From positions 34,165-98,164 of the forward strand of contig JBPOGF010000020.1 of assembly GCA_051251915.1 (NCBI GenBank): DNA of 64,000 nt, read 5' to 3'. Positions within the stretch are counted from its first letter, which is position 1. Every line of letters begins with the position of its first letter. Made by a program: the position numbers and the translations under genes. The notes beneath the pieces were generated by a model. The model was not told the origin of the DNA, searched no databases, and saw only the letters and a list, made by a program, of their open reading frames with translations. The stretch is from Akkermansiaceae bacterium. Its GTDB lineage: Bacteria; Verrucomicrobiota; Verrucomicrobiia; Verrucomicrobiales; Akkermansiaceae. Of this stretch, positions 50,717-59,285 are shown piece after piece.

Positions 50717-51214
50717 CTACTTCGCCAACTCATCCCACTCCTTCTTCGACCCTTCTGACTTCTGATATTCCATCAAAATCAGCCACTTACCTTCTCGCTT
50801 CACTAGCAATGCCTCCAAATGCACATAAGCAGAGCTCACTTTGCCTTCCGCATCAGTCGAAGTATAGAGTAACATCCCAGTCTCATGAGCACTCGTCGCA
50901 TCACCAATCCTCTTTGAAAACCGGAACTCCGCACTTGCTTTGATCTTTTTGGCTTTCGTGTCATCAAATTCTGATTTCCACTTACTCAGCGCCTTAACTA
51001 ACGGATAACTAACCTTCTTTTTACCAGAAACAAGCACACCTTCCGGATGGCATGTGGCAGAGTATGCCTCAAAGTCCCCCGCCTCAACAGCGCGAGAAAC
51101 CTCTGCCCAATATGAGTCAAGTTCAGTAATGCGTAATACATCTACTTCCTCATCAGCATAAGCACTGAACATTGAAAAAAGTAGCATAGAAATGGATATA
51201 AGAATTCTAGTCAT
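50717..51214 (-). CDS. Exported NTF2/SnoaL-like (DUF4440-type) protein
   Basis: Signal peptide AYA-D; GDFEAY, AHETG, LVKREGKWLILMEY. Confidence 0.75.
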   Translation of the reverse strand: MTRILISISMLLFSMFSAYADEEVDVLRITELDSYWAEVSRAVEAGDFEAYSATCHPEGVLVSGKKKVSYPLVKALSKWKSEFDDTKAKKIKASAEFRFSKRIGDATSAHETGMLLYTSTDAEGKVSSAYVHLEALLVKREGKWLILMEYQKSEGSKKEWDELAK

Positions 51215-51383
51215 CGATCAATGGAAGCATAAAATCAAAACTTCCACGAACAAATTTCACACTTTAAACAAAGCAAAAATCAGATCAATAGAATGACTTC
51301 CATGTGCTCACCTTGAGCCAAGCCTACCCGAGTGTGAAAACACCTATTCTTAAATCAACTAGATCCCCCTGCCACGGCCCCCT

Positions 51384-53201
51384 CTACTTCAACAACGACT
51401 TAGTCAACTTATACCCAGCCCCGTCCGCAGCACTACCACATTCTTTAAACAACGTAGTAACCCGCTCTTTCCCCCGTTTACAAAGGTAATCAACTGTAAG
51501 CATATCCCCAGCCTTATTCCCCTCCGCATGCATCCTCGCCGCAGAAGTTGCCATCGCAAACAACTCAGACGCAATATCAACATAACGACCTAACAACAAC
51601 TGCTGACGCTCCAACTTCGGCCCCTGCACCACCATCGACATAAACAAAGCACGCGACAGTTTGCGACTATACCTAGAAACCATCCGCAAATGCTTCTTCA
51701 ACTCCGATGGCATCGCCGAAGGAATATTCTTACTACAAGGAATCCACCGCATCGGATACCAAACCCCATAATGCAACCCAGCCTTCAACCCAGCCTTAGT
51801 CCGCCCCCCCAAAGAATTTCGAGTATCAATCGCTGCCGCCCCTTTACGTAAATGTGGATCTAAAGCCTCACGAGCAATAAACAATTTCATAATCTCCGTA
51901 GACCCCTCGAAAATAGTATTGATCCTACAATCCCGCATCATCCGCTCAATCGGATCAGGCGTCTCACCACGATTCCGCAACGAGCTCTCAGTCTCATACC
52001 CCCTACCACCTTTAATCTGCATCGTCTGATCCACCGAATGCCAAGCAGCCTCAGTCCCCCACAGCTTCGCCATCGCAGCCTCAATTCGGATATCCGCCTT
52101 CTTATCATGATCAACCAACGCTGAAACATAAAGCACCAGCGATTCAGTCGCATAAGCATTCGCCGCAATATCAGCTATCTTACCAGCAATCGCCGCATGC
52201 TTCCCAATCGCCTGCCCCCACTGCACCCGCTCACTCGACCACTTCGTTACGATATCTAAACAACGATACAACATCCCAGAACAAGCCGCCGGAAGCGTCA
52301 AACGACCAGTATTCAACGTAGTCAAAGCCACCTTCAAGCCCTTACCCTCAGCAGCCACAATGTCCTCTTTCGGCACCTTCACATCCGTAAATTTTATCAC
52401 CCCATTATAAAGCGCCTTCAACCCCATGAAATGACATCGAGTCACAATCTCAACTCCAGGCGCATCCATCGGAACAATAAACGCCGTTGTCGCATAAGGC
52501 TTCGCCTCCGTAGGAGTCTTCGCCATCACCACCAGATGACTCGCCACCAAACTATTTGTACACCATAGCTTCTCACCATTAATCACATAATCCCCATCAT
52601 CACCCTTCTCAGCAATCGTCGCCATCTTCGCCGGATCAGACCCAACGTTCTGTTCTGTTAGAGCAAACGCAGAAATCGCCCCCTCCGCAAACAACGGCAA
52701 ATACTTCTGCTTCTGTTCCTCCGTCCCAAATACAAGTAACGGCTGAGGAACCCCAATAGACTGGTGAGCAGACACAAGAGCCGTCATACTCCCACAATGC
52801 GCCCCCAGCGCCATCGCAGCACGCGAGTAGTTCGTCTGCGAAAGCCCCAAACCACCATACTTCTTAGGAATCTTAATCCCAAACGTCCCAAGCTTAGCCA
52901 ACCCCTCAAACACCCGATCCGGAATCTCACCGTCCCTATCTATCTGATCCGGATCCGTCTCATTATCCAAAAACACCTGCAACTTATCAATAAACTCATC
53001 CCCCGCCTTCTTATCCTCCGCCGACTGCAACGGAAACGGCGACAACTTCCCATGATCAGGCCCCCCCATAAATAAAGCCCCCGCAAACCCGCTAATCTCC
53101 CGACTATCACGCGAGCTCTCCGCCATCTCCAAGGCAGCACGCTGCCCCTCAGACATCTTTGAAGTATCAATCACTGACTGCTTTTCTGGTTCCTCGTTCA
53201 T
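51384..53201 (-). CDS. fadE: Acyl-CoA dehydrogenase (VLCAD/ACAD9-like)
   Basis: FALTE..GSD, NGEKLWCTN, R.QWG, GGRGY, IFEGSTEI. Confidence 0.92.
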   Translation of the reverse strand: MNEEPEKQSVIDTSKMSEGQRAALEMAESSRDSREISGFAGALFMGGPDHGKLSPFPLQSAEDKKAGDEFIDKLQVFLDNETDPDQIDRDGEIPDRVFEGLAKLGTFGIKIPKKYGGLGLSQTNYSRAAMALGAHCGSMTALVSAHQSIGVPQPLLVFGTEEQKQKYLPLFAEGAISAFALTEQNVGSDPAKMATIAEKGDDGDYVINGEKLWCTNSLVASHLVVMAKTPTEAKPYATTAFIVPMDAPGVEIVTRCHFMGLKALYNGVIKFTDVKVPKEDIVAAEGKGLKVALTTLNTGRLTLPAACSGMLYRCLDIVTKWSSERVQWGQAIGKHAAIAGKIADIAANAYATESLVLYVSALVDHDKKADIRIEAAMAKLWGTEAAWHSVDQTMQIKGGRGYETESSLRNRGETPDPIERMMRDCRINTIFEGSTEIMKLFIAREALDPHLRKGAAAIDTRNSLGGRTKAGLKAGLHYGVWYPMRWIPCSKNIPSAMPSELKKHLRMVSRYSRKLSRALFMSMVVQGPKLERQQLLLGRYVDIASELFAMATSAARMHAEGNKAGDMLTVDYLCKRGKERVTTLFKECGSAADGAGYKLTKSLLK

Positions 53202-53278
53202 AGTATTATTCCTCTCTGTTAGGTTTTGTTAGATATTTTAAGTTAGAAGTTTCATCATGCTGGACTATTGACCATTGT

Positions 53279-55282
53279 CTAATGACCATTGACCGAGCCT
53301 CCAGGCTCTAACGGCCCACCCCTAAATGGCGCAAACCCAGTCCCCATGATCATCGCAAAATTCACATCCTCAGCACAGCTCGCCACTTTCTCATCCAGAC
53401 AACGCTGCGCCTCCTCTCTCATCAACCCAGCCAAATACGCCTGAATATCCAGCTTCTCCCCCTCAGCCAACGTCCCTTGCATCGCTTCCGCCTCCGGATT
53501 CGGCTCAACATCCTTACCTTTATAAACGTAAAACCCCTTTCCAGATTTCTTCCCTAAACTCCCCTGCTCCACCAAGTCGGTAAGAACTTTCGGAACACTC
53601 ATCCGCTCAGGAAATGCCTCAGATAAAGTCTCCGCCACATGACAAGAAACATCCATCCCCACCTCATCCAACAACCGCAACGGCCCCATCGGCATCCCAA
53701 AATCAAGCATCGCCTTATCAATCGCCTCAATATCATGCCCCTGACTCATTAGCTCCCCAGCCCCCACCAAATACGGCATCAAAATCCGATTCACCAAGAA
53801 CCCAGGCGAATCCGCCACCACAACCGGCAACTTACCAATCGCCTGCGTAAATTTCACCGCAGACGCCAACGTAGCAGTAGAAGTATGCTCCGTCTCCACC
53901 ACCTCAACCAACTGCATCCTATGCACAGGATTAAAGAAATGAATACCCACTAACCTCTCAGGATGACTAATCACCTTAGCAATCTCAGTAATCGGCAACG
54001 CAGAAGTATTCGTCGCTAAAATCGTCTCAGCCGGAACCCGCTCCGCAAAATCCGCAAAAATCTTCTTCTTCAACTCCAAGTTCTCAACCGCCGCCTCAAT
54101 CACCAAATCACAATGGCTCATATCAGGAAAATCCTTAGTCGCATAAATATGATCAAGCCCCGCAGTCGCCTCAGTCTGAGTAAACACCCGCCGACTCACA
54201 CTCTCAACATAAAGTTTCTGAATCGTCTCCATCCCCTTCGCCAAGGCATCATCATTGATGTCCTTAAGCGTCACCTGAATCCCCTTAGTACTAAGCCAAT
54301 AAGCAATCCCAGCACCCATAACCCCAGCCCCAATCACCGTAACATTCTCCACCCGCTTAGGCTTCTCATCACCCACTCCAGCTCCAACTGGTCTAAGCTT
54401 CTTCGAACGTTCAGTTAAGAAAAAGATATTAATCAAATGCTTCGCCACAGAACTGCGAGGCCCATGAGTAAGCTCAAGGATCGCATCTCGTTCATTCTTT
54501 AAACTCTCATCATGCGTGCTCCGCACCGCCTTACAAGCAACATCCAACGCCATCGGCAATGCCGGATAATGCCCGCGAGTCTTCTTCTCCAGATCCAGCT
54601 CCACCTTCTTCTTAATCACCGCAACACTCACCGGATTATGCGTCATCATATGAAGTTCATGATCCCGCTTACCTTTACTCAAAAATGTCTCAGCATGACT
54701 CACCACATTCTCCATCGGACACAGCGCATCAACCAACCCTTTCTTATAAGCCACAATTCCCTTCAAAAGCTTACCCCCAAGAATCAACGGCAACGCATCT
54801 GTTAGACCAATCAAAATGGGCAACCGAGTAGACCCACCCCAAGCCGGAAGTATCCCCAACTGAGACTCAGGCAACCCAATACGAGTAGCCTTAGCATCAC
54901 TCGCCACCCGATAATCACACGCCAAGGTCAACTCAAATCCCCCACCAACACAAGCCCCATGAATCGCCGCAACCGTAGTAATCTTCAGCTTAGCCAACTT
55001 ATCAAACACGTTCTGTCCCTTACTAATCAAAGCCTCCAACTCTTCTTTCGGAGCAGACGACAGCGATTTCAAATCAGCACCCGCAATAAAAATACTCGGC
55101 TTCGCACTGCTAATCACCAACCCAGTCAAATCCCCATTCGCCCCAATTTCATCCAACTTACGATCCAATTCATCCAGCGTAGCCCCATCGAAAATATTCG
55201 CCGAGCTCCCATCCCGATCAAAGATGAGATGGGCTACAACCTGTGAAGAGCATTCCTTAATTTCTAATTTTAAATGTGACAT
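53279..55282 (-). CDS. fadJ: Enoyl-CoA hydratase/3-hydroxyacyl-CoA dehydrogenase (fatty-acid oxidation alpha subunit)
   Basis: FIAGAD, GGGFE, GLPE, GAGVMG, EAAVE, TNTSAL, HFFNP, PGFLVNR. Confidence 0.93.
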   Translation of the reverse strand: MSHLKLEIKECSSQVVAHLIFDRDGSSANIFDGATLDELDRKLDEIGANGDLTGLVISSAKPSIFIAGADLKSLSSAPKEELEALISKGQNVFDKLAKLKITTVAAIHGACVGGGFELTLACDYRVASDAKATRIGLPESQLGILPAWGGSTRLPILIGLTDALPLILGGKLLKGIVAYKKGLVDALCPMENVVSHAETFLSKGKRDHELHMMTHNPVSVAVIKKKVELDLEKKTRGHYPALPMALDVACKAVRSTHDESLKNERDAILELTHGPRSSVAKHLINIFFLTERSKKLRPVGAGVGDEKPKRVENVTVIGAGVMGAGIAYWLSTKGIQVTLKDINDDALAKGMETIQKLYVESVSRRVFTQTEATAGLDHIYATKDFPDMSHCDLVIEAAVENLELKKKIFADFAERVPAETILATNTSALPITEIAKVISHPERLVGIHFFNPVHRMQLVEVVETEHTSTATLASAVKFTQAIGKLPVVVADSPGFLVNRILMPYLVGAGELMSQGHDIEAIDKAMLDFGMPMGPLRLLDEVGMDVSCHVAETLSEAFPERMSVPKVLTDLVEQGSLGKKSGKGFYVYKGKDVEPNPEAEAMQGTLAEGEKLDIQAYLAGLMREEAQRCLDEKVASCAEDVNFAMIMGTGFAPFRGGPLEPGGSVNGH

Positions 55283-55295
55283 AGTTTTTCAATGG

Positions 55296-56567
55296 TTAAA
55301 TTTTTTCGATCCAAATCGCGGCCCCTTGCCCCCCACCCACGCAAAGCGTCGTAAGCGCGTGTTGTTTATTCTGCTCATGCAACTGACGTATCGCCGTAAG
55401 CACCAACCGCGCACCCGTAGCACCCACCGGATGCCCCAGCGCAATCGCTCCCCCACGCATGTTCAGCTTCTCCATCGGGATCTCTCCCAACGCTTGCTTC
55501 AAACCAATCTGTTTCGCAAATTTATCAGAACTAGAAGCCTTCAAACATGCCAAAACCTGCGCCGCAAATGCCTCATTAATCTCAATCACATCAGCCATAT
55601 CCAACCGATAATCACTCTCCGTAAACAACCGCTCCATCGCATGCAACGGCCCAATCCCCATCCGCTCAGGATCACACCCAGCATAAGCATAAGCATTAAT
55701 CTTCGCTATCGGCTTCAACCCCAACTCAGCCCCAGCCGACTCACTCCCTACCAACAAAGCCGCCGCTCCATCAGTTATCTGCGAGCTATTCCCAGCAGTC
55801 ACCGTCCCAGTAGTTTTCTCAAACACAGGACGAAGTTTAGCAAGTCGCTCAGGAGTAGAATCCGTCCGAATCCCATTATCCTCAGCAATCGCATTACCAC
55901 GATGATAAATCGGATGAATCTCTTCCTTCAACAGTTCATTACTAGCCAAAGCCTTCACATGAGACTCCGCCGCAAACGCATCTTGTTCCTCCCGACTAAT
56001 CCCCAACTCCCGCGCCAAAACCTCAGCAGTCTGCCCCATATTAATCCCAGCAAACGGATCGGTTAGACCAAGCCGTAATGCCACAACAGGCGAGAAATCC
56101 TTCGGCCTAAATTTAAACATCGAACCTAACTTCTGCATCATCGACTTAGATTTCGCCAACTGCCCAAATTTCTTCACCGCACCCGCATTGTATAGCAAAG
56201 GCACATTACTCATACTCTCAGCCCCACCCACCACAAACAAATCCCCACGCCCAGCCAACATCCGCTCATAAGCCGAAGTAATAGACTCCATCCCCGACGC
56301 ACAGTTCCGATGCACAGTACTAGCAATCACATTACTAGGAATCCCAGAACGCAAAGCTACCACCCGCGCAATATTCGCAGAGTCCATCGGCTGCGCCACA
56401 CACCCCATAATCACCTCACTAACCCGACCAGGATCCACCCCAGACTCATGCAACAAAGCACTGACAGCAGATGTCCCAAGATCAGTAGCGCTAAGCGACG
56501 CCAGACTCGAACCCATACGGGCAAACGGCGTGCGGATGGCTTCGTAAATATAGAGTGGTTGTTTCAT
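55296..56567 (-). CDS. fadI: 3-ketoacyl-CoA thiolase
   Basis: RTPF, NCASG, NEAFA, GHPVGATG, CVGGG. Confidence 0.93.
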   Translation of the reverse strand: MKQPLYIYEAIRTPFARMGSSLASLSATDLGTSAVSALLHESGVDPGRVSEVIMGCVAQPMDSANIARVVALRSGIPSNVIASTVHRNCASGMESITSAYERMLAGRGDLFVVGGAESMSNVPLLYNAGAVKKFGQLAKSKSMMQKLGSMFKFRPKDFSPVVALRLGLTDPFAGINMGQTAEVLARELGISREEQDAFAAESHVKALASNELLKEEIHPIYHRGNAIAEDNGIRTDSTPERLAKLRPVFEKTTGTVTAGNSSQITDGAAALLVGSESAGAELGLKPIAKINAYAYAGCDPERMGIGPLHAMERLFTESDYRLDMADVIEINEAFAAQVLACLKASSSDKFAKQIGLKQALGEIPMEKLNMRGGAIALGHPVGATGARLVLTAIRQLHEQNKQHALTTLCVGGGQGAAIWIEKI

Positions 56568-56588
56568 GATGTTATTTTCTGTTAGATG

Positions 56589-58037
56589 TTAAGAAGGCCT
56601 GTTATCCACAACCTTCTTTTCCTTTAGTTCTTTGCCTACCCCGTGAAGCTCACGCATTTTTTTCCAGTCGTGAAACTCAATTCTGTTAGGACTCAATTCA
56701 GTCGCTTCCTTCAACGTCCTACGAATAATATCTTCGAGACCATCTCCCGTCTCATCCATCGGAACCACATGCATCACAATCTCATCATTCTCTAACGGAT
56801 CATCGTTGTGCTTGCGCAACTCAATCTGCCAAGCCCCTATCCCAGGAGTATCGTCGAGAATGTTTTCCAAAGCATTAAAGTCCACCAGCGTCCCTTTAAG
56901 TTTCCCAATGTTCAACCTATGCACGTCCGAAACACGAGAAATTCTTCCAAGCAACCTCGGGCAAGTCCTACCACAACACGGACAAGGATCATAAGTAATC
57001 CCCCCCTCAATAATATCCCCAGTCCGATAACGCAGCACCACTGTGCCCCGCGCATTTAATGGAGTGAAAACTATCTCCCCACGTGTCCGCTCAGGCACTC
57101 GTTCACCAGTTTCAGGATCCACCACTTCCACAAATGCCAAGTCAGGGTAAAGATGGAAACCAGCACTCTCAGATCCCTGTGGAACTCGGCACTCAGAAAA
57201 TGCTAGCTTCGCCTCAGTAAATCCATAAGTGGAAATAATATCCACATTGTCTGACCCCAGTTCAGCACACAGATCCTTCAGCTTCCGTCGCATACCTTCA
57301 GGCACTTTCTCACCACCAAGAACAATCCGCTTGATGTTAGTCCATCTCATCCCCTTAGTCTTAGCATAATTAACCAGATGATAGAGAAAAGTCGGCATCG
57401 CAATCAAACACTCCGGCTGAATCTTATCAATCATCTTCGCATTCCCAGAAGTCCCCATAACCTTACCTCCACCAGTCGCCAAACAAAACGTCGTATTCGC
57501 CAAGCCTGCATACCAAGCCTGCCAGAAAGCCAAGTGCGGAGCAAATGGGAACGCATTAATACATCTAAACTCCGGCGCACTCTCAGCCATTTGCATCAAT
57601 CTCAAACCACCCACTTCCAAGTTAGCCAGGTCATGCTTCGTGTAGAAAAATGGCACCGGCTCAGACGACCTACCAGTTGTCGACGTCATGTGAACAGGCC
57701 TCAACTCTTCCGCCAACACTTGCTTCACTCCTGTGGGTCCATGTCTAAGAATCTTCAACCACGTCCCAAACTGACGTTTGATCACATCTTCATCAGGAAT
57801 GACGATAAAATCCTTCGTCACCTCCAAATCACGCTTAGATGTTAAAGGAATTTTCACCAAATCATCCGTGCTACGTATATCATCTGCAGTAAGCCCTTTC
57901 TCTTCAAATAGTTTTTTGTAATGAGCTACAAAAGGAACCACTCTAGTCTTTAGAAATGTATGTAATAAGTCTCCTTGACGTTTTTTAATTTCGCTCGGCG
58001 AGGCTTTCTCCCACCATTGGTTGTTTGTTGATTTCAT
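56589..58037 (-). CDS. Phenylacetate-CoA-ligase (PaaK)-like adenylate-forming enzyme
   Basis: TSTTGRSSEP loop, GGE, YGFTE, EVVDPETG, GEIVFT, RYRTGD. Confidence 0.82.
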   Translation of the reverse strand: MKSTNNQWWEKASPSEIKKRQGDLLHTFLKTRVVPFVAHYKKLFEEKGLTADDIRSTDDLVKIPLTSKRDLEVTKDFIVIPDEDVIKRQFGTWLKILRHGPTGVKQVLAEELRPVHMTSTTGRSSEPVPFFYTKHDLANLEVGGLRLMQMAESAPEFRCINAFPFAPHLAFWQAWYAGLANTTFCLATGGGKVMGTSGNAKMIDKIQPECLIAMPTFLYHLVNYAKTKGMRWTNIKRIVLGGEKVPEGMRRKLKDLCAELGSDNVDIISTYGFTEAKLAFSECRVPQGSESAGFHLYPDLAFVEVVDPETGERVPERTRGEIVFTPLNARGTVVLRYRTGDIIEGGITYDPCPCCGRTCPRLLGRISRVSDVHRLNIGKLKGTLVDFNALENILDDTPGIGAWQIELRKHNDDPLENDEIVMHVVPMDETGDGLEDIIRRTLKEATELSPNRIEFHDWKKMRELHGVGKELKEKKVVDNRPS

Positions 58038-59130
58038 TTTGGGTTCTTTGGGGTTTAGTCGTCGTATTTTCTGGCAGTGGTTCTAATAAGTTTTTAATTT
58101 CATCGAGCTGGTCTAATGCCGTCTGCTCGCCAAGCTGAATAAATTTTTCAAAATTCGAATACTCATGCCATCGCGAACCACGCGACACGGGCTGAATAGC
58201 CAGATCAGCACGCTTACAGGCATCATAAGCAATCCGTATTTGGGCAATCGTAATACTCCGGCTCAAATTATCTAACATATTTCCAGGAGCTGCTGGATTC
58301 AGCTTCTGATTCAACACACTAAGCTTATCCTGCCACCAAGAATTACCTATCTGTTCCTCACGTTCAGCAGTCTCCTCAGCATCCTTAAGGGTATCGATCT
58401 CTTCCAAAGTAATCGTAGTACTGACTGCAATAATTTTATCCACACCCCCAAACTTCCTTAAAGCACCTACCGGAACAGGATCGGCAACACCTCCATCCAC
58501 ACAACGTTTTCCATCAATTTCCACAGGAGCAATGATACCAGGCATAGCACAACTCGCATGAACAGCATCTATCACGCTACCTTTACGAAAAACAATTCGC
58601 TCATAGTTGTTGAGATTTGCTGAAATAACTAACAACTTCCTATCAAGATCCTCAAACTGCACATCACCAATAGACCTCTCCAGATGAGCCTTTACTTTAT
58701 TACCGTAGTAAATTCCTTTAATCGGCGGCATGATAGGATCAGCGAGCTTCTTCAATGCCCCCTTATCCATCATTTCAGCAGCTAACTCATACATCTCTTC
58801 AACAGTATGCCCCGTCGCCCAGAGCGCTCCAATATAAGCCCCCATACTAGTTCCGGCCACAGTATGAATCGGTATTTTATGTTCATCCAATACTTTTAAA
58901 ACCCCAATATGAGCCAGCGACTTTGCCCCACCTGCACCTAATGCTAATCCTATCCGCGGCGGCCTCGTGCGAGCTGGCCTCTGAACGCCCATTTCAAGAT
59001 CTGTGACACCATTACTCACACCATTCGACAAATCCTGAATCTTACCAGACACATAATCCCTCGCACGTTGTAGCCATCCTCTCGTGCTCTGGTGATCCTC
59101 TGAATATTCTCGGTTTGATCTATCGGACAT
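57985..59130 (-). CDS. Patatin-like phospholipase
   Basis: GAGGAK..AHIG, GTSMG, ASCAMP, DGG. Confidence 0.92.
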   Translation of the reverse strand: MSDRSNREYSEDHQSTRGWLQRARDYVSGKIQDLSNGVSNGVTDLEMGVQRPARTRPPRIGLALGAGGAKSLAHIGVLKVLDEHKIPIHTVAGTSMGAYIGALWATGHTVEEMYELAAEMMDKGALKKLADPIMPPIKGIYYGNKVKAHLERSIGDVQFEDLDRKLLVISANLNNYERIVFRKGSVIDAVHASCAMPGIIAPVEIDGKRCVDGGVADPVPVGALRKFGGVDKIIAVSTTITLEEIDTLKDAEETAEREEQIGNSWWQDKLSVLNQKLNPAAPGNMLDNLSRSITIAQIRIAYDACKRADLAIQPVSRGSRWHEYSNFEKFIQLGEQTALDQLDEIKNLLEPLPENTTTKPQRTQNEINKQPMVGESLAERN

Positions 59131-59285
59131 TTATATGCAAAATAAAAAATTTCTCTATCCAACAAGATTACACCACAAAAATATTCCCGGCAAGATCTTT
59201 CCTAAAGATCACTATACTAATTTCATTACAATCAGTTAACTGCTAGTTCTAATTGGTTTTATCATTATTATGAAAATTAAATCAC

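Noticed and set aside
49703..50758. 351-aa plus-strand ORF (also 55224-56066, 41070-41813, 9136-9741 and similar)
   Set aside because: These lie antisense to well-supported genes. Their skewed composition (P/H/R/L-rich on +, S/C/W-rich on -) and lack of motifs are explained by the strand bias.
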